Positions 46,510 to 56,034 of a stretch of DNA of 64,000 nt are shown here, piece after piece. Position numbers and translations under genes: made by a program. Below the pieces are notes generated by a model, which worked only from the letters and a program-made list of their open reading frames with translations, made no database searches and was not told the DNA's origin. The first letter of the stretch is position 1. Each line of letters opens with the position of its first letter. Source of the stretch: an uncultured Methanomicrobiaceae archaeon (lineage in GTDB: Archaea > Halobacteriota > Methanomicrobia > Methanomicrobiales > Methanomicrobiaceae); NCBI GenBank assembly GCA_964465295.1, contig CAYXKC010000001.1, positions 43,161 to 107,160 of the forward strand, written 5' to 3'.

Positions 46510-46860
46510 TTAAAAGTGCTGCTCAACAAGATCCAGGATCTCGTCAAGCTCTTCACCTGACAGCGTGAAACGCTCTTTAGCATATATGGCCCTCAGTTCA
46601 TCTCTTGTACGCGGCATAATGCTTGCAACCCTGAATGCAATGTCAGGCTTAATCTTTTCCAGCGAAAGGAGTTTTTCGACAAGTTCCCTGGATTTTTCCG
46701 CACTTGTCTTCGAGAGATGATTGGCATGCTCAATGCTTCTGCGAAGCTCGTAAGACATCTCTTTGCCGGCTTCAAGGCGGTCGGCCTCGACCTTCAACAA
46801 CATCTCCCTCATTTCCTGAAGGGTTATTCTCTCTTCGCTTTCTATTCCTTTAACTTTCAT
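46510..46860 (-). CDS. rpoF: DNA-directed RNA polymerase subunit Rpo4 (F)
   Basis: About 116 aa, helical; conserved neighbourhood downstream of rpl21e. I prefer the ATG at 46860; the track GTG is at 46869. Confidence 0.8.
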   Translation of the reverse strand: MKVKGIESEERITLQEMREMLLKVEADRLEAGKEMSYELRRSIEHANHLSKTSAEKSRELVEKLLSLEKIKPDIAFRVASIMPRTRDELRAIYAKERFTLSGEELDEILDLVEQHF

Positions 46861-46878
46861 GCCAACCACTATGAATGA

Positions 46879-47172
46879 TTACTGCTTTTGTGGTTTTAGA
46901 TGTTGCGGTCTTGCGACAACAGTCTTGATCGACCTGCCGTCGTTTATCTCAAGAACCCATGCTCTGCCCTGTTTGCCGATAATCTGACCTGTTCTTCCGT
47001 GGAACCTGCGGTGAGGCATTCCTTTCTGAACGCTTGAATCGACAACGATATGAACCTTCTGTCCTTCCTCAAATTCCTGAATGATGGAAGTTACAGGTGC
47101 CATACCTCTCTTTCTGAGATCTTTCTTGAATTTATAACGGGTCTTTTTTCTCTGACCAAAGTGATGTGCCAT
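46879..47172 (-). CDS. rpl21e: 50S ribosomal protein L21e
   Basis: MAHHFGQRKKTRYKF...GMPHRRFHGRTG, 97 aa. Confidence 0.92.
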   Translation of the reverse strand: MAHHFGQRKKTRYKFKKDLRKRGMAPVTSIIQEFEEGQKVHIVVDSSVQKGMPHRRFHGRTGQIIGKQGRAWVLEINDGRSIKTVVARPQHLKPQKQ

Positions 47173-47190
47173 TTTAATTCTCCATTATCT

Positions 47191-48444
47191 TTAATTGATT
47201 TCGCCGGTTCTGGTTTCGGTAACAACACTCTCAACCATTACAACGTCAAGGCTTTTTACCCGCGCAGGGCATTTAATTATCTCTGAAAGGCTCGGACTTG
47301 TTCTTCCTTCATCGCCGGATATCAGTTCCTTGATGTAGAGTCCGGCATCTCCAAGGACTTCTATCCTGAAGCAGCCGTCTTCACTACCAGTGCAGTCGAT
47401 ATCTATACAGCGACGTTTTCGGACCTTGTCTGCCCTCCGGTGAGAAACCCTTTCCGGGGTGCGCTGATTGATTGTAGCCCCACGAAGGCCTTTTAAGGCA
47501 GATTTGACTTCATCTGCCGAAAATTCGCCTTCTATTTCCACCAGAATGCTGTACTTTTTATGAGCTTTTCCTGATTTAAGGGTTTCCACCTCTTTGCGAT
47601 CACTGACATGATCGATAATTACCGAAACCCTGCCTCCGGCGCTCTCGTTGATTGTCTTTTCGAGTTCTTCGGGGTCGAAGCTCCTGATCTTAGGTTCAAC
47701 CATTTCGATAACGAAAGGCCTGCCTGTGCCAATCATCCTTGCATCGATATCCTCCCTTCCCGAGCCGTGAAGAACTGCGTCCTTCGACCTGAAGAGCTCT
47801 ATTGCGGGCCTGCCGATAAGCTCCTCGACAGAGTCTGCATACATCTTACCTGTAAAGTTGCATCTTTCACATCCTTTCCCATGGCATTCCCTGCAATGCC
47901 AGCGCGTCTGGGGGATGCCCCTCTCGTATTTACAGTATCTTCCGTATATATACAGGGGGTTGATCTCGACTTCCACTTTATCATCTGCAAGGTTGCAGAT
48001 TGCAACGATGTCGGGACGTTTGAAGTCGACCTCCTTGCCGCTGATAGAACTTACAATCTTGCCTGTCTCCCTGTTGAACTCGGCCTTTAACGGTTCGGGA
48101 GAGAGAAGTCCAAGGTCTGTCCAGACCATCTCCTCACTCTCTGCCATAAGAGAGGGTGTGCGGCATCCGACAAGCATGGTGTCAAATTCTATGCCGGAAA
48201 GTGAGTTTATTATCTTCTTCGCCCATTCATTCGATGAATCGAAGAGGTTGTTGCAGATCCAGCATCTCTCTGATTCGGGCTGATAAGGCATATTCTTCTC
48301 GAGCAAATATGCGATCCTCAGCGATCTGCCTCTCTCTTCGTTCCCAAGACCATGTGAGAGTTTTCCGAAGAACCTGCCAAGACAATGGTCGCATATCGGG
48401 CCGTATTCGAGAATTTCGCCGACCTTTTCAATTATATCACTCAT
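47191..48444 (-). CDS. pus10: tRNA pseudouridine(54/55) synthase Pus10
   Basis: 417 aa. N-terminal Zn-ribbon cysteines (CDHC...CWIC; CRECHGKGCERC), then THUMP-like and catalytic domains, as in archaeal Pus10. Confidence 0.85.
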   Translation of the reverse strand: MSDIIEKVGEILEYGPICDHCLGRFFGKLSHGLGNEERGRSLRIAYLLEKNMPYQPESERCWICNNLFDSSNEWAKKIINSLSGIEFDTMLVGCRTPSLMAESEEMVWTDLGLLSPEPLKAEFNRETGKIVSSISGKEVDFKRPDIVAICNLADDKVEVEINPLYIYGRYCKYERGIPQTRWHCRECHGKGCERCNFTGKMYADSVEELIGRPAIELFRSKDAVLHGSGREDIDARMIGTGRPFVIEMVEPKIRSFDPEELEKTINESAGGRVSVIIDHVSDRKEVETLKSGKAHKKYSILVEIEGEFSADEVKSALKGLRGATINQRTPERVSHRRADKVRKRRCIDIDCTGSEDGCFRIEVLGDAGLYIKELISGDEGRTSPSLSEIIKCPARVKSLDVVMVESVVTETRTGEIN

Positions 48445-49010
48445 TTCTCTCTCCTGTCATGTTCATTGAGGATGACGGTGATTGTATGATCCGCATGGAG
48501 GACCTTTGGTCCTGCAGATATTTTGGGAAGTCTGCTGATCAGGAGTTCCTCTTCTTCTGAGAAGTTCATGTGATCCGATAATATATAATTGCCCGAGACA
48601 TTATCGGATTCACGGATATCTGTGCCGTTTTCATCGAGTACAGAGAAATCGTTATCTTCAATAAGCCTCTGCAGGCCTCCTGTTCGCACATATATCCCCT
48701 TTGTTGATTCTACAAACTCCCTGCCACAGGTAACCTGCAATGCTTTTTTGATCAGTGCGCCCGCACTTCTTTCATCGGGATTGAGATAACGGACTTCACT
48801 CCCTTTGATCAGGATTGTCTTTGGGGGATTTGGCTCACCAAGAAGGAGAAGATAGCATTCCACATCTCTTCTAAGATCATGGGAGAGGAAGAAGCAGGAG
48901 TTTACACACCTGCATAAAACATCCATCCTTCCGGCCCCCCCGGGCATGTCGTTTAAAGAAAAACCCGGGTCTGTAACGGCCTTGTGGCCGATTATGAGAA
49001 ACTTCTTCAT
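48441..49010 (-). CDS. trmY: tRNA (pseudouridine54-N1)-methyltransferase TrmY (SPOUT, DUF358)
   Basis: [35 protein letters not shown], 189 aa. ATGA-coupled to pus10. Confidence 0.8.
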   Translation of the reverse strand: MKKFLIIGHKAVTDPGFSLNDMPGGAGRMDVLCRCVNSCFFLSHDLRRDVECYLLLLGEPNPPKTILIKGSEVRYLNPDERSAGALIKKALQVTCGREFVESTKGIYVRTGGLQRLIEDNDFSVLDENGTDIRESDNVSGNYILSDHMNFSEEEELLISRLPKISAGPKVLHADHTITVILNEHDRREK

Positions 49011-49017
49011 GCCGGTT

Positions 49018-50343
49018 TTACATCCCGCCGCCGAACTTCTTCATCATCCGCTGCATGTTGAATTTTCCGCCGCCCATTCCCCGGAATCCTTTGAGAGTCC
49101 TCTGCATGGTTTTGTGGTATTTCAAAAGCTCCCTGACGTCCTCTATCGAAACTCCTGCACCGGTTGCAATCCTCTGGATTCTTGATGTGTGGATGACGGA
49201 AGGATCGTCAAGCTCCTCTGTTGTCATGGAATCCATGATCACCTTGTAGATTTCCATCTTTTTACCGGTGGTGTCGAAGGCATCTTCCGGGATCTCGATA
49301 TTACCGAGCGGGAGCATTGACATGACCTGTTTTAACGGCCCCATCTTTTTCAGGGACTCGAGCTGTTTGTACATGTCACGGAGGGTAAATTTACCCTTCA
49401 TCATGGCATTTACATCAAACTCCTCGCTTCCCATGGCTTCTTCTGCGCGCTCGATAAGGGATTTGAGATCTCCCATTCCAAGCAGTCTTGAAATGAAACT
49501 GTCGGGGTCAAAGCGCTCGAGATCTTCAATTGTCTCCCCGCTTCCGACAAATACGATCCCGGAACCTGTTTCCGCCACTGCAGAGAGGGCACCGCCACCT
49601 TTTGCGGTACCATCCATCTTGGTGATTATCACACCGTCGATATTGATGGCATCATGAAACCTTGCCGCCTGGTCCCGCGCCTGCTGGCCGAGTGCGGCAT
49701 CGAGGACAAGCCAGCGGTGGGTTGCCTTTGAGAGGTCGTTTATTTTGATTATCTCATCGATTAGTTCATCTTCAAGTGCGTGACGCCCCTGCGTATCGAT
49801 GATCAGAACTTCGATATTTTTAAGCTGCTTAATACCGTTCTCGACTATTCTGACAGCATCGGTCTCGCCGGGTTCGCCATAACAGGGAACATTCACCTTG
49901 TCGCAAAGTGTCTTTAACTGGTCGTATGCTCCCGGCCTGAAGACATCGGCACAGATGACCCCTGTTCTAAGCCCCTTCTTCTGGAAGTACCTGCTGAGTT
50001 TTCCTGTTGTGGTGGTTTTTCCGCTTCCCTGAAGACCGGCCATGAGGATAGTCTGCGGGCCGAGTGTAACCTCGATCTCATCTCCCATCAGGTTGACGAG
50101 CTCCTGGTAGACGATCCTTAAGACATGTTCACGGACGCTCATACCCTTTGGAGGCTCTTCCTCAAGTGAGCGTTCCTTGATAGCCTTTGAAAGCTTCATT
50201 ACGAGCTTGACATTGACGTCCGACTGGAGCAGGACTCTCTGAAGATCTTTTACAAGCTCTTCAACAGCAGCCTTGTCGATGACTGTTTTTCCTGCAAGTT
50301 TCTTTACGGCGTCCTTCAATCCGGAACCAAGTCGATCAAGCAT
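49018..50343 (-). CDS. srp54: Signal recognition particle protein SRP54
   Basis: Contains [15 protein letters not shown] and TKMDG, plus a Met-rich M domain. Confidence 0.95.
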   Translation of the reverse strand: MLDRLGSGLKDAVKKLAGKTVIDKAAVEELVKDLQRVLLQSDVNVKLVMKLSKAIKERSLEEEPPKGMSVREHVLRIVYQELVNLMGDEIEVTLGPQTILMAGLQGSGKTTTTGKLSRYFQKKGLRTGVICADVFRPGAYDQLKTLCDKVNVPCYGEPGETDAVRIVENGIKQLKNIEVLIIDTQGRHALEDELIDEIIKINDLSKATHRWLVLDAALGQQARDQAARFHDAINIDGVIITKMDGTAKGGGALSAVAETGSGIVFVGSGETIEDLERFDPDSFISRLLGMGDLKSLIERAEEAMGSEEFDVNAMMKGKFTLRDMYKQLESLKKMGPLKQVMSMLPLGNIEIPEDAFDTTGKKMEIYKVIMDSMTTEELDDPSVIHTSRIQRIATGAGVSIEDVRELLKYHKTMQRTLKGFRGMGGGKFNMQRMMKKFGGGM

Positions 50344-50346
50344 ATT

Positions 50347-51432
50347 TCACTCTCCCTCCAGGAGTTCCCCGACCATTTTTTCAGGTTCGAAAGGAATAAT
50401 GTCCTCATAGCCCTGTCCCATACCGAGAAACATCAGCGGTTTTCCGATGGTGTGCGCAATAGAGATTGCCGCTCCGCCTTTGGTGTCCATATCCGCTTTT
50501 GTAAGAACCACTACGTCGGTCCCTACAGAAGAGTTGAACTCTTCAGCCCGGATAACCGCATCGTTGCCTGCAACAGCTTCGTCGACGTATGCAACGATAT
50601 CAGGATTCATCACACGACGGATCTTTTCAAGCTGCTTCATCAGATTTCCCTTGTTATGGAATCTTCCTGCAGTATCGGCAAGAACCACGTCTATACTGTG
50701 GGCTTTTGCATAATTCACGGTATCAAAGAGAACAGCAGAGGGATCGGCTCCTTCCTGGTGGCTGATAACTTTTACCCCGACGCGTTCGGCATGTGTCTTC
50801 ATCTGCTGGTTTGCCCCTGCGCGGAAGGTGTCGCCTGAACCAATTACTACCGAATAACCCCTGCTTTTAAGGAAAAATGCGACCTTTGCAATTGTTGTTG
50901 TCTTGCCTGCACCATTGACTCCGGTAAAAAGAACCTTTACAGGCCTTTCATGAGAGTCAATGTAGTCGGTGAGCAGAAATCTTTCTCCAAGGACTTCGAG
51001 AAGCGCATCTTTTAGCGCTTCAATAACAAACTTTTCAGAATTAGTACCGATCTTTCTTCTCTTTCCGACAAGTTCATCCTTCATATGGCTGATTATCGCC
51101 TCTGTCGTATCGAAGGCGACGTCGTTTTCAAGAAGAACAAGTTCAAGCTCATCAAGCGGTTCGGAGATATCCTTCTCTGTTAACAGGACTTCTCTCTCAG
51201 TAACCAGGACCTTTACCTTTTGAGCAAATCCTGCCTTTTTTATGGTGTCTTTGTCACCTTTTTTACCCGTATCTTCGATCCCGGCCGCGGTTTCGCGGAC
51301 GTTATCCTCCCGGGTTTCTTCAGGCAGTTCTTTGGCTCCGGCATCAGGTTTCTCCTTTTCCATCGCTTCGTCGATGTTGGATCCCAGCTTCTTTGAAACG
51401 CCTTTCAGCCTGTCCCTGAGAGATTTAAACAT
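50347..51432 (-). CDS. ftsY: SRP receptor FtsY
   Basis: Acidic N-terminus, then GVNGAGKTTT, DTAGR and TKADMDTKGG. Confidence 0.93.
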   Translation of the reverse strand: MFKSLRDRLKGVSKKLGSNIDEAMEKEKPDAGAKELPEETREDNVRETAAGIEDTGKKGDKDTIKKAGFAQKVKVLVTEREVLLTEKDISEPLDELELVLLENDVAFDTTEAIISHMKDELVGKRRKIGTNSEKFVIEALKDALLEVLGERFLLTDYIDSHERPVKVLFTGVNGAGKTTTIAKVAFFLKSRGYSVVIGSGDTFRAGANQQMKTHAERVGVKVISHQEGADPSAVLFDTVNYAKAHSIDVVLADTAGRFHNKGNLMKQLEKIRRVMNPDIVAYVDEAVAGNDAVIRAEEFNSSVGTDVVVLTKADMDTKGGAAISIAHTIGKPLMFLGMGQGYEDIIPFEPEKMVGELLEGE

Positions 51433-51435
51433 GGA

Positions 51436-51885
51436 TTATCTGCTTCCTGACTGTGCCTGGTACTGCTTGTATAGGGTTTCGATTTTTTTTGCCACATCCG
51501 ATGCCTGATTCCGGATTTCGGCAATTGTCTCTGATATCTTCTTCTCAAGTGCCTCGAGTTCAAGAATCCTGTCCTCGAGGTATGCGACTGTTTCATCACC
51601 GTTCTTTTGGACAATGACATTTGAGCCGATGTTCACGAAGACATTGTCAGGTTCGAGGGCTTTGACTCTTATGGATGCACCCCCGCCTATCTCCAGTAGC
51701 ATTGTATTCTCCGGCGAAGAACCGATCTCTTTTATTGTACCGATTGCGGTAAGGGATTCGATTCTCCGCTGTTCAAGCACCTGAAGCTGTGCGGTGTATG
51801 CCTCGGCCTGCTGCCCGAATTCATTGAGATACTGCTGGAGCATCTCAATTTCACGGGGGTCGACATTTTCCAAATTACTCACCAT
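51436..51885 (-). CDS. pfdA: Prefoldin alpha subunit
   Basis: 149 aa with a coiled-coil / beta-hairpin / coiled-coil layout. Conserved position next to ftsY and rplX. Confidence 0.8.
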   Translation of the reverse strand: MVSNLENVDPREIEMLQQYLNEFGQQAEAYTAQLQVLEQRRIESLTAIGTIKEIGSSPENTMLLEIGGGASIRVKALEPDNVFVNIGSNVIVQKNGDETVAYLEDRILELEALEKKISETIAEIRNQASDVAKKIETLYKQYQAQSGSR

Positions 51886-52066
51886 TAACTAGTTTGACAC
51901 TGTCAATTTTGATATAATTTCTCTTTAAACAGTGTTTGCTTCCGAAAACATTATAGGTGTTTTCGGTTGCCTGGGACTCGTTGGGTGCCATGATGACCTT
52001 GGTGAAAGGCTGCCAGCCCAATCCGTTTTTAAAACTTCCTGTTACTTCAAAACTCTTTTTATCCAT
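51875..52066 (-). CDS. rplX: 50S ribosomal protein LX (L18Ae/L20A family)
   Basis: 63 aa, FEVTGSFKNGLGWQPFTKVI. A GGAGGAG RBS lies upstream. Confidence 0.8.
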   Translation of the reverse strand: MDKKSFEVTGSFKNGLGWQPFTKVIMAPNESQATENTYNVFGSKHCLKRNYIKIDSVKLVNGE

Positions 52067-52081
52067 TTCAAACTCCTCCGT

Positions 52082-52738
52082 TTAAAATCCAAATACATCC
52101 TCGATCCTACCAAGTTCATAACCGCTTGTAGAGATGCCGGCAAGGAAACTTTTGCTGTTTGCAAGGAGTCCGGTACCTATGAGCGTACTTCCCATGTTAA
52201 CCGTACCTGTTCCTACTGGAAGTCCTGACATCTCCTCGATCTCAGAGATCTCATTCTCTGACGCCCCGGGATTCAGGATCACTCCTTTATTTGTCGCAAC
52301 TGCTGCCATACCTACTGTCGGTATTTTGCCGATATACATCATAAGCACGGGAACATCAAGGAACTCTGAAATTTTTTCAGCAGTATTTTCTGAAATTCCC
52401 GGGTGAACTACGGCGAAGGTATCGTTTGCGAGGATTATGTTTCCTGCAGCATTCATGGTTCTTTCAAGAAGCATAACCCTGCCGTGCTGTTTAAGAAGGT
52501 CTATCTCTTCTGTTGATGCAAGGCCGCTGACAATCATCCCGTTGCTGTTTCCGGCAAGCAGGGATCCGATTATAGAACAACCCTGTATAGTGGTCTGAAC
52601 AACTTCAACACCCAGTCTCTTCTCTACAGCACCTGTGTATTCCTCTGTCGCGTCCAGCGGGACAAATGCGACATCCTCGAATACGCGGGTATATACACCA
52701 ATATGCTCGTCGCCTGCGAAGCTGATCGTCTCAACCAT
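52082..52738 (-). CDS. eif6: Translation initiation factor 6 (aIF6)
   Basis: Pentein-repeat sequence with the pattern IGVY/IGSL/GNI/VG. The ATG at 52738 lies immediately after the rpl31e stop; the longer track start would overlap rpl31e. Confidence 0.88.
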   Translation of the reverse strand: MVETISFAGDEHIGVYTRVFEDVAFVPLDATEEYTGAVEKRLGVEVVQTTIQGCSIIGSLLAGNSNGMIVSGLASTEEIDLLKQHGRVMLLERTMNAAGNIILANDTFAVVHPGISENTAEKISEFLDVPVLMMYIGKIPTVGMAAVATNKGVILNPGASENEISEIEEMSGLPVGTGTVNMGSTLIGTGLLANSKSFLAGISTSGYELGRIEDVFGF

Positions 52739-52739
52739 T

Positions 52740-53003
52740 TCACTCTTCGGCAAGTTCAGCCTGAACCTGGCCGTCCTCAAATTTCATTGCGCGAACACGG
52801 ATCTTTCTCGGTGGTTTTTCACATCCGCGTTCCCATATCTTCTCGTTGATGCTTCTGTCAATTTTGATGTCTTCGCTTTTCATATGCTTTGCGAGGTATT
52901 CCCTGATCTCCTTGATCGCCCTGGGGCTCCTCTTCCAGCGCGGCGCCGTTTTGACATCACGAAGAGGGATGACATAGATCTGTTCCTTTAAAATATCTGC
53001 CAT
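52740..53003 (-). CDS. rpl31e: 50S ribosomal protein L31e
   Basis: 87 aa, [28 protein letters not shown]. Confidence 0.9.
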   Translation of the reverse strand: MADILKEQIYVIPLRDVKTAPRWKRSPRAIKEIREYLAKHMKSEDIKIDRSINEKIWERGCEKPPRKIRVRAMKFEDGQVQAELAEE

Positions 53004-53009
53004 TTTCCA

Positions 53010-53162
53010 TCACACCTTCAGTTTGCTTCTTCTCCAGTTGCGTCTCCGCGGATGGGATACAACGCTCCTCTTCGTCTTGATCATTACCCATGCAGGCACG
53101 CGCCTGTTCTGTTCGCATGCCTTTGCCAGTCTTACTTTTCTTGCTTTTGTTACTTTACTCAT
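53010..53162 (-). CDS. rpl39e: 50S ribosomal protein L39e
   Basis: Absent from the ORF track because it is too short. Manual translation gives [50 protein letters not shown] (50 aa). A GGGTGG RBS lies upstream. Canonical position before rpl31e. Confidence 0.85.
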   Translation of the reverse strand: MSKVTKARKVRLAKACEQNRRVPAWVMIKTKRSVVSHPRRRNWRRSKLKV

Positions 53163-53173
53163 TTTTCCACCCT

Positions 53174-53767
53174 TTAGCTTCGCATTATCCTTCCGGTTAC
53201 GAGTGACTGCTCGTGGTGGCTGGGAAATATTTCGTAAGGATCCACACCCTGTACACTGAATGCTGTTCGGATCTCGTTTTCGTAATCGCCGTTTTCGATA
53301 GTGCCGGTTTCACCATATTCCACGGTGAAATGCATACCTGCCAGGCGGTTTACCTCACGTCTTCCATATCCAAGCAGAGGCCGCACGAGGGCGCATTGAT
53401 ATCTTGCTTCTATGCTCTGCACTTCAGCGTAATCAAGCATTGGAACACGGTCATTCAGTCGTGTTCCATCCCCTATTACATCATATTCCCCCGAAAGGGA
53501 ACAGATGGCGTTCCTGTGAACAAGGTTGATGGCCGAATTTGGGAATCCGTCCTTTACCATCATCTCCATTACTTTCTCAAGCAGTCCTTCCTCAAACACT
53601 CTCATTTTAAGCGGTAGCCCCAGTGCTTCTGCTGCCTTCTCAACACCCGGGATCCTGCGATCGCTGCTGAATACGAATGTATTCAGTTCGGTTTCGTAGT
53701 CCCTCGATATCATGAGGGCGGCAAGAGAACTGTCCTTTCCTCCGCTGAAGAGCATTCCGGCTTTCAT
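53174..53767 (-). CDS. PP-loop ATP pyrophosphatase-family protein (adenine nucleotide alpha-hydrolase)
   Basis: N-terminal [13 protein letters not shown] (the SGGxDS PP-loop). 197 aa. The specific function is not assignable. Confidence 0.65.
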   Translation of the reverse strand: MKAGMLFSGGKDSSLAALMISRDYETELNTFVFSSDRRIPGVEKAAEALGLPLKMRVFEEGLLEKVMEMMVKDGFPNSAINLVHRNAICSLSGEYDVIGDGTRLNDRVPMLDYAEVQSIEARYQCALVRPLLGYGRREVNRLAGMHFTVEYGETGTIENGDYENEIRTAFSVQGVDPYEIFPSHHEQSLVTGRIMRS

Positions 53768-54111
53768 GATTTATGCTTACGAGTGATGTTAATTTCTTTT
53801 TTATCCGGGATAAGCTGTCTCAGGATCGTTTTAAGCTGTTCATCGCTTATCCGATCCCTGATTCGGCCGCTTTGAGCCAGCATAACTAGCTGCTGTTCTA
53901 CGGCCTGTGCAAATTCCGGTTTTGTAAGTTTGATGGTGTTCAAACGTTCCCGGGCTTCGGGTTCCAGGATCTGCATCAGTATCATGTGAATCTGGGCTTC
54001 TGCCTGTTTCTGGCGGGCCATCTCTTCCTCCATCGCCTGATGATCCATCTGATTTCTTTGAAGCTCCTGCATCTTTCTTCTGCGAATTTCCGCAAGTTCG
54101 TCGTCTACCAT
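53764..54111 (-). CDS. PDCD5/TFAR19-like DNA-binding protein
   Basis: 115 aa, helical, charged, ...ILEPEARERLNTIKLTKPEFAQAVEQQL. Conserved position downstream of rps19e. Confidence 0.8.
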   Translation of the reverse strand: MVDDELAEIRRRKMQELQRNQMDHQAMEEEMARQKQAEAQIHMILMQILEPEARERLNTIKLTKPEFAQAVEQQLVMLAQSGRIRDRISDEQLKTILRQLIPDKKEINITRKHKS

Positions 54112-54127
54112 CTTTAACTCTCTCCTT

Positions 54128-54577
54128 TCAGTACTTTGCTATTGCCGGAACCGATTCGGCAACAGTTTCTTTCAGGCTGTTTGCCACACCGTCAAGGAAC
54201 GATCTGCCTGCAGGCGAAACTACTCGCCCTTCAGGAGTGTTCTCGATGTATCCTGCTTTTTCCAGCTGCTGGAGGATCTTACGTGTGACCGACCCAGAGC
54301 CTTTCTTAAAGCTGTAAGGCATCGAGCCCCTGTCCCTCTTACCGCCGTAGAAAGTCCTTAGTCTCTGGACTCCTACAGGGCCGTCGATGTATACTCTGCG
54401 AATTACCGATGCCGCACGAATGTACCACCAGTTCTCGTCTTTCGGGGGCATCTCTTTGTGGACGCCTGTCTTTGCGAATCCTGCCCATTCAGGAGCTTCA
54501 ACCGCGTCAAGCTTCTTAAGCTCGCCAGCCACTTTATCGATCAGAAGATCCGGTGGGATATCATATACAGTTGTCAT
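54128..54577 (-). CDS. rps19e: 30S ribosomal protein S19e
   Basis: 149 aa, TVYDIPPDLLIDKVAGELKK...WWYIRAASVIRRVY...GGKRDRG. Confidence 0.92.
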   Translation of the reverse strand: MTTVYDIPPDLLIDKVAGELKKLDAVEAPEWAGFAKTGVHKEMPPKDENWWYIRAASVIRRVYIDGPVGVQRLRTFYGGKRDRGSMPYSFKKGSGSVTRKILQQLEKAGYIENTPEGRVVSPAGRSFLDGVANSLKETVAESVPAIAKY

Positions 54578-54602
54578 TTTTCAACCACTCTCTAATGATG
54601 CT

Positions 54603-54730
54603 AAAGAGACCATACCTTCTCTTTCAAAAGCATGGATTTTCCATGTGAAACACCTGAAACAATTGTTTCTGTCCGTAATACATGAGACCAAAATTCCCGT
54701 TCCCATGCCGGCTCATGAAGTGTTTTCAAC
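54603..54730 (-). promoter_or_regulatory. Hairpin-rich candidate structured 5' leader (or small ncRNA) upstream of rps19e
   Basis: Four local perfect or near-perfect stems are seen directly. AAAGAGA/TCTCTTT lies at 54603-09/54618-24 and CATGGA/TCCATG at 54631-36/54640-45. The palindrome GAAACAATTGTTTC lies at 54656-69. CATGAGACC/GGCTCATG lies at 54681-89/54710-17. An enclosing stem TGAAACAC/GTGTTTTCA lies at 54646-53/54720-28. Confidence 0.35.
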
Positions 54731-54746
54731 ACGCAAATTAGCAGTC

Positions 54747-54761
54747 TCTATATATTTGACT
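54747..54761 (-). promoter_or_regulatory. Candidate TATA box for the rps19e transcription unit
   Basis: The minus strand reads GTCAAATATATAGAG. It lies about 170-185 nt upstream of the rps19e ATG and downstream of the T7 terminator of the preceding unit. Confidence 0.3.
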
Positions 54762-54783
54762 GAAGAGCTATTATATATTTCCG

Positions 54784-54790
54784 AAAAAAA
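54784..54790 (-). terminator. Oligo-T (T7 on the minus strand) terminator after the yhbY-like gene
   Basis: A7 on the plus strand, 31 nt after the stop at 54821. Confidence 0.45.
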
Positions 54791-54820
54791 GACCTGGAAT
54801 TATTCTTTAATATTGCACCT

Positions 54821-55057
54821 TTATTTTTTTGCAAGTACCATGGTGCGGCCTCTTTTTTGAATAATCTTTGCACCTGCCATCTCTGCGATATCTTCAGGCA
54901 CGAGGTCTGTATTCCTGAGCCATTTGATCTTGATTACTCTTTTATCTTTGATCTGGGCTTTGATCTCACTTATCGTACTGTCTGTTATGCCTTTCTTTCC
55001 TATCCAGACTGTTGCCTTCAGGCTTTGCATATCTGCGGTTGATTCATTTTTTTTCAT
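54821..55057 (-). CDS. YhbY/CRM-domain RNA-binding protein
   Basis: 78 aa, KATVWIGKKGITDSTISEIKAQIKDKRVIKIK. ATGA-coupled to rnp4. Confidence 0.8.
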   Translation of the reverse strand: MKKNESTADMQSLKATVWIGKKGITDSTISEIKAQIKDKRVIKIKWLRNTDLVPEDIAEMAGAKIIQKRGRTMVLAKK

Positions 55058-55368
55058 TTTTTGTCCTTTATCGGGTATCTCCGGGTATAACCGCAGTTAA
55101 GGCAGGTCATAGTTACTCTTCCGTTATTTATCCTGGTTCTTGTATTCTTTCCGGGTGAAAAGAATTCAAGGCATTTTCTGCAGTAGGATGAACGGTATCT
55201 CCCGGGGATCTTTACCCTGTATTTCATCGCGATCTTTCTTGCAAGTATGACATACCTTTTGCTCAATGCGGGATCCTTTCTGTAAGCCGAGTATGCAGAT
55301 TCAAAGAGTCTCTCTATCCTTTCTTCTGCAATCTTTCTTTCAGCCGTTTTGTTCCTGCGTGGTGCCAT
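55054..55368 (-). CDS. rnp4: RNase P protein component 4 (Rpp21/Rnp4)
   Basis: 104 aa with a basic helical N-terminus plus a Zn ribbon, CRKC...CLNCG. Confidence 0.8.
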   Translation of the reverse strand: MAPRRNKTAERKIAEERIERLFESAYSAYRKDPALSKRYVILARKIAMKYRVKIPGRYRSSYCRKCLEFFSPGKNTRTRINNGRVTMTCLNCGYTRRYPIKDKK

Positions 55369-55384
55369 ATCTTATAATAATTAT

Positions 55385-56002
55385 TTAATTATCTTTTTTG
55401 TTGAGAATTCTGACCTTTCTGTCTATGATCTCAAGACGATCCCCGCAGAATAATGCAACCGATTCCCTGAGCGCCTTATGCTCCTCTGCCAGTATTCTTT
55501 CAGAGAGCGTTTCCTCTGTATCGTCACCGCTTACCGGGACAGGGCACTGCATTATTATTGCACCGTGATCCATCTCTTCATCAACAAAATGTACAGTGCA
55601 TCCCGATACTTTGACCCCGTATTCAATTGCCTGCCTCTGGGCATTAAGGCCTTTAAATGAGGGAAGCAGGGCCGGGTGTATGTTTATCATTCTCCCGGGG
55701 AAACACCTGACCGTGTCCGGATCCAGGAGCCTCATGTATCCTGCAAGTACAAACAGGTCGGCACCCGACTCGTCCATCGCATCCCTGAGTGCCGAATTGT
55801 AATCACTCCTGCTGCCGAATTTGGAATAATCCACAATCTTTACCGGTATTCCTGCGCCGGCGGCTCTTTCTGTTGCATATGCCGATGGATTGTCCGTTAT
55901 CAGGCAGCATATCCTGCCCCTGATAAACCCTGATTCGATACCGTCGATGACTGCCTGAAAATTGGTTCCTCTCCCTGAAGCAAGAACCGCGATATTTTTC
56001 AT
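55385..56002 (-). CDS. purN: Phosphoribosylglycinamide formyltransferase PurN
   Basis: Contains IAVLASGRGTNF, NIHPALLPSFKG and a HFVDEEMDHG-type catalytic region. I prefer the ATG at 56002; the track start is at 56014. Confidence 0.9.
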   Translation of the reverse strand: MKNIAVLASGRGTNFQAVIDGIESGFIRGRICCLITDNPSAYATERAAGAGIPVKIVDYSKFGSRSDYNSALRDAMDESGADLFVLAGYMRLLDPDTVRCFPGRMINIHPALLPSFKGLNAQRQAIEYGVKVSGCTVHFVDEEMDHGAIIMQCPVPVSGDDTEETLSERILAEEHKALRESVALFCGDRLEIIDRKVRILNKKDN

Positions 56003-56034
56003 ATCCAATATCATAGGATGTCAAAAAAGAATAA

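Noticed and set aside
53023-53259. A 78-aa plus-strand ORF in the rpl31e / PP-loop spacer region.
   Set aside because: The region is explained by rpl39e on the minus strand (53010-53162) and by the 3' end of the PP-loop gene. The plus-strand product is hydrophobic and nonsensical.
54595-54657. A possible C/D-box sRNA on the plus strand, with a C-like box ATGATGC at 54595-54601 and a D box CTGA at 54654-54657.
   Set aside because: The C box is imperfect. There are no recognisable internal D'/C' boxes and no terminal complementary stem. The same region is better described as the minus-strand hairpin-rich leader.
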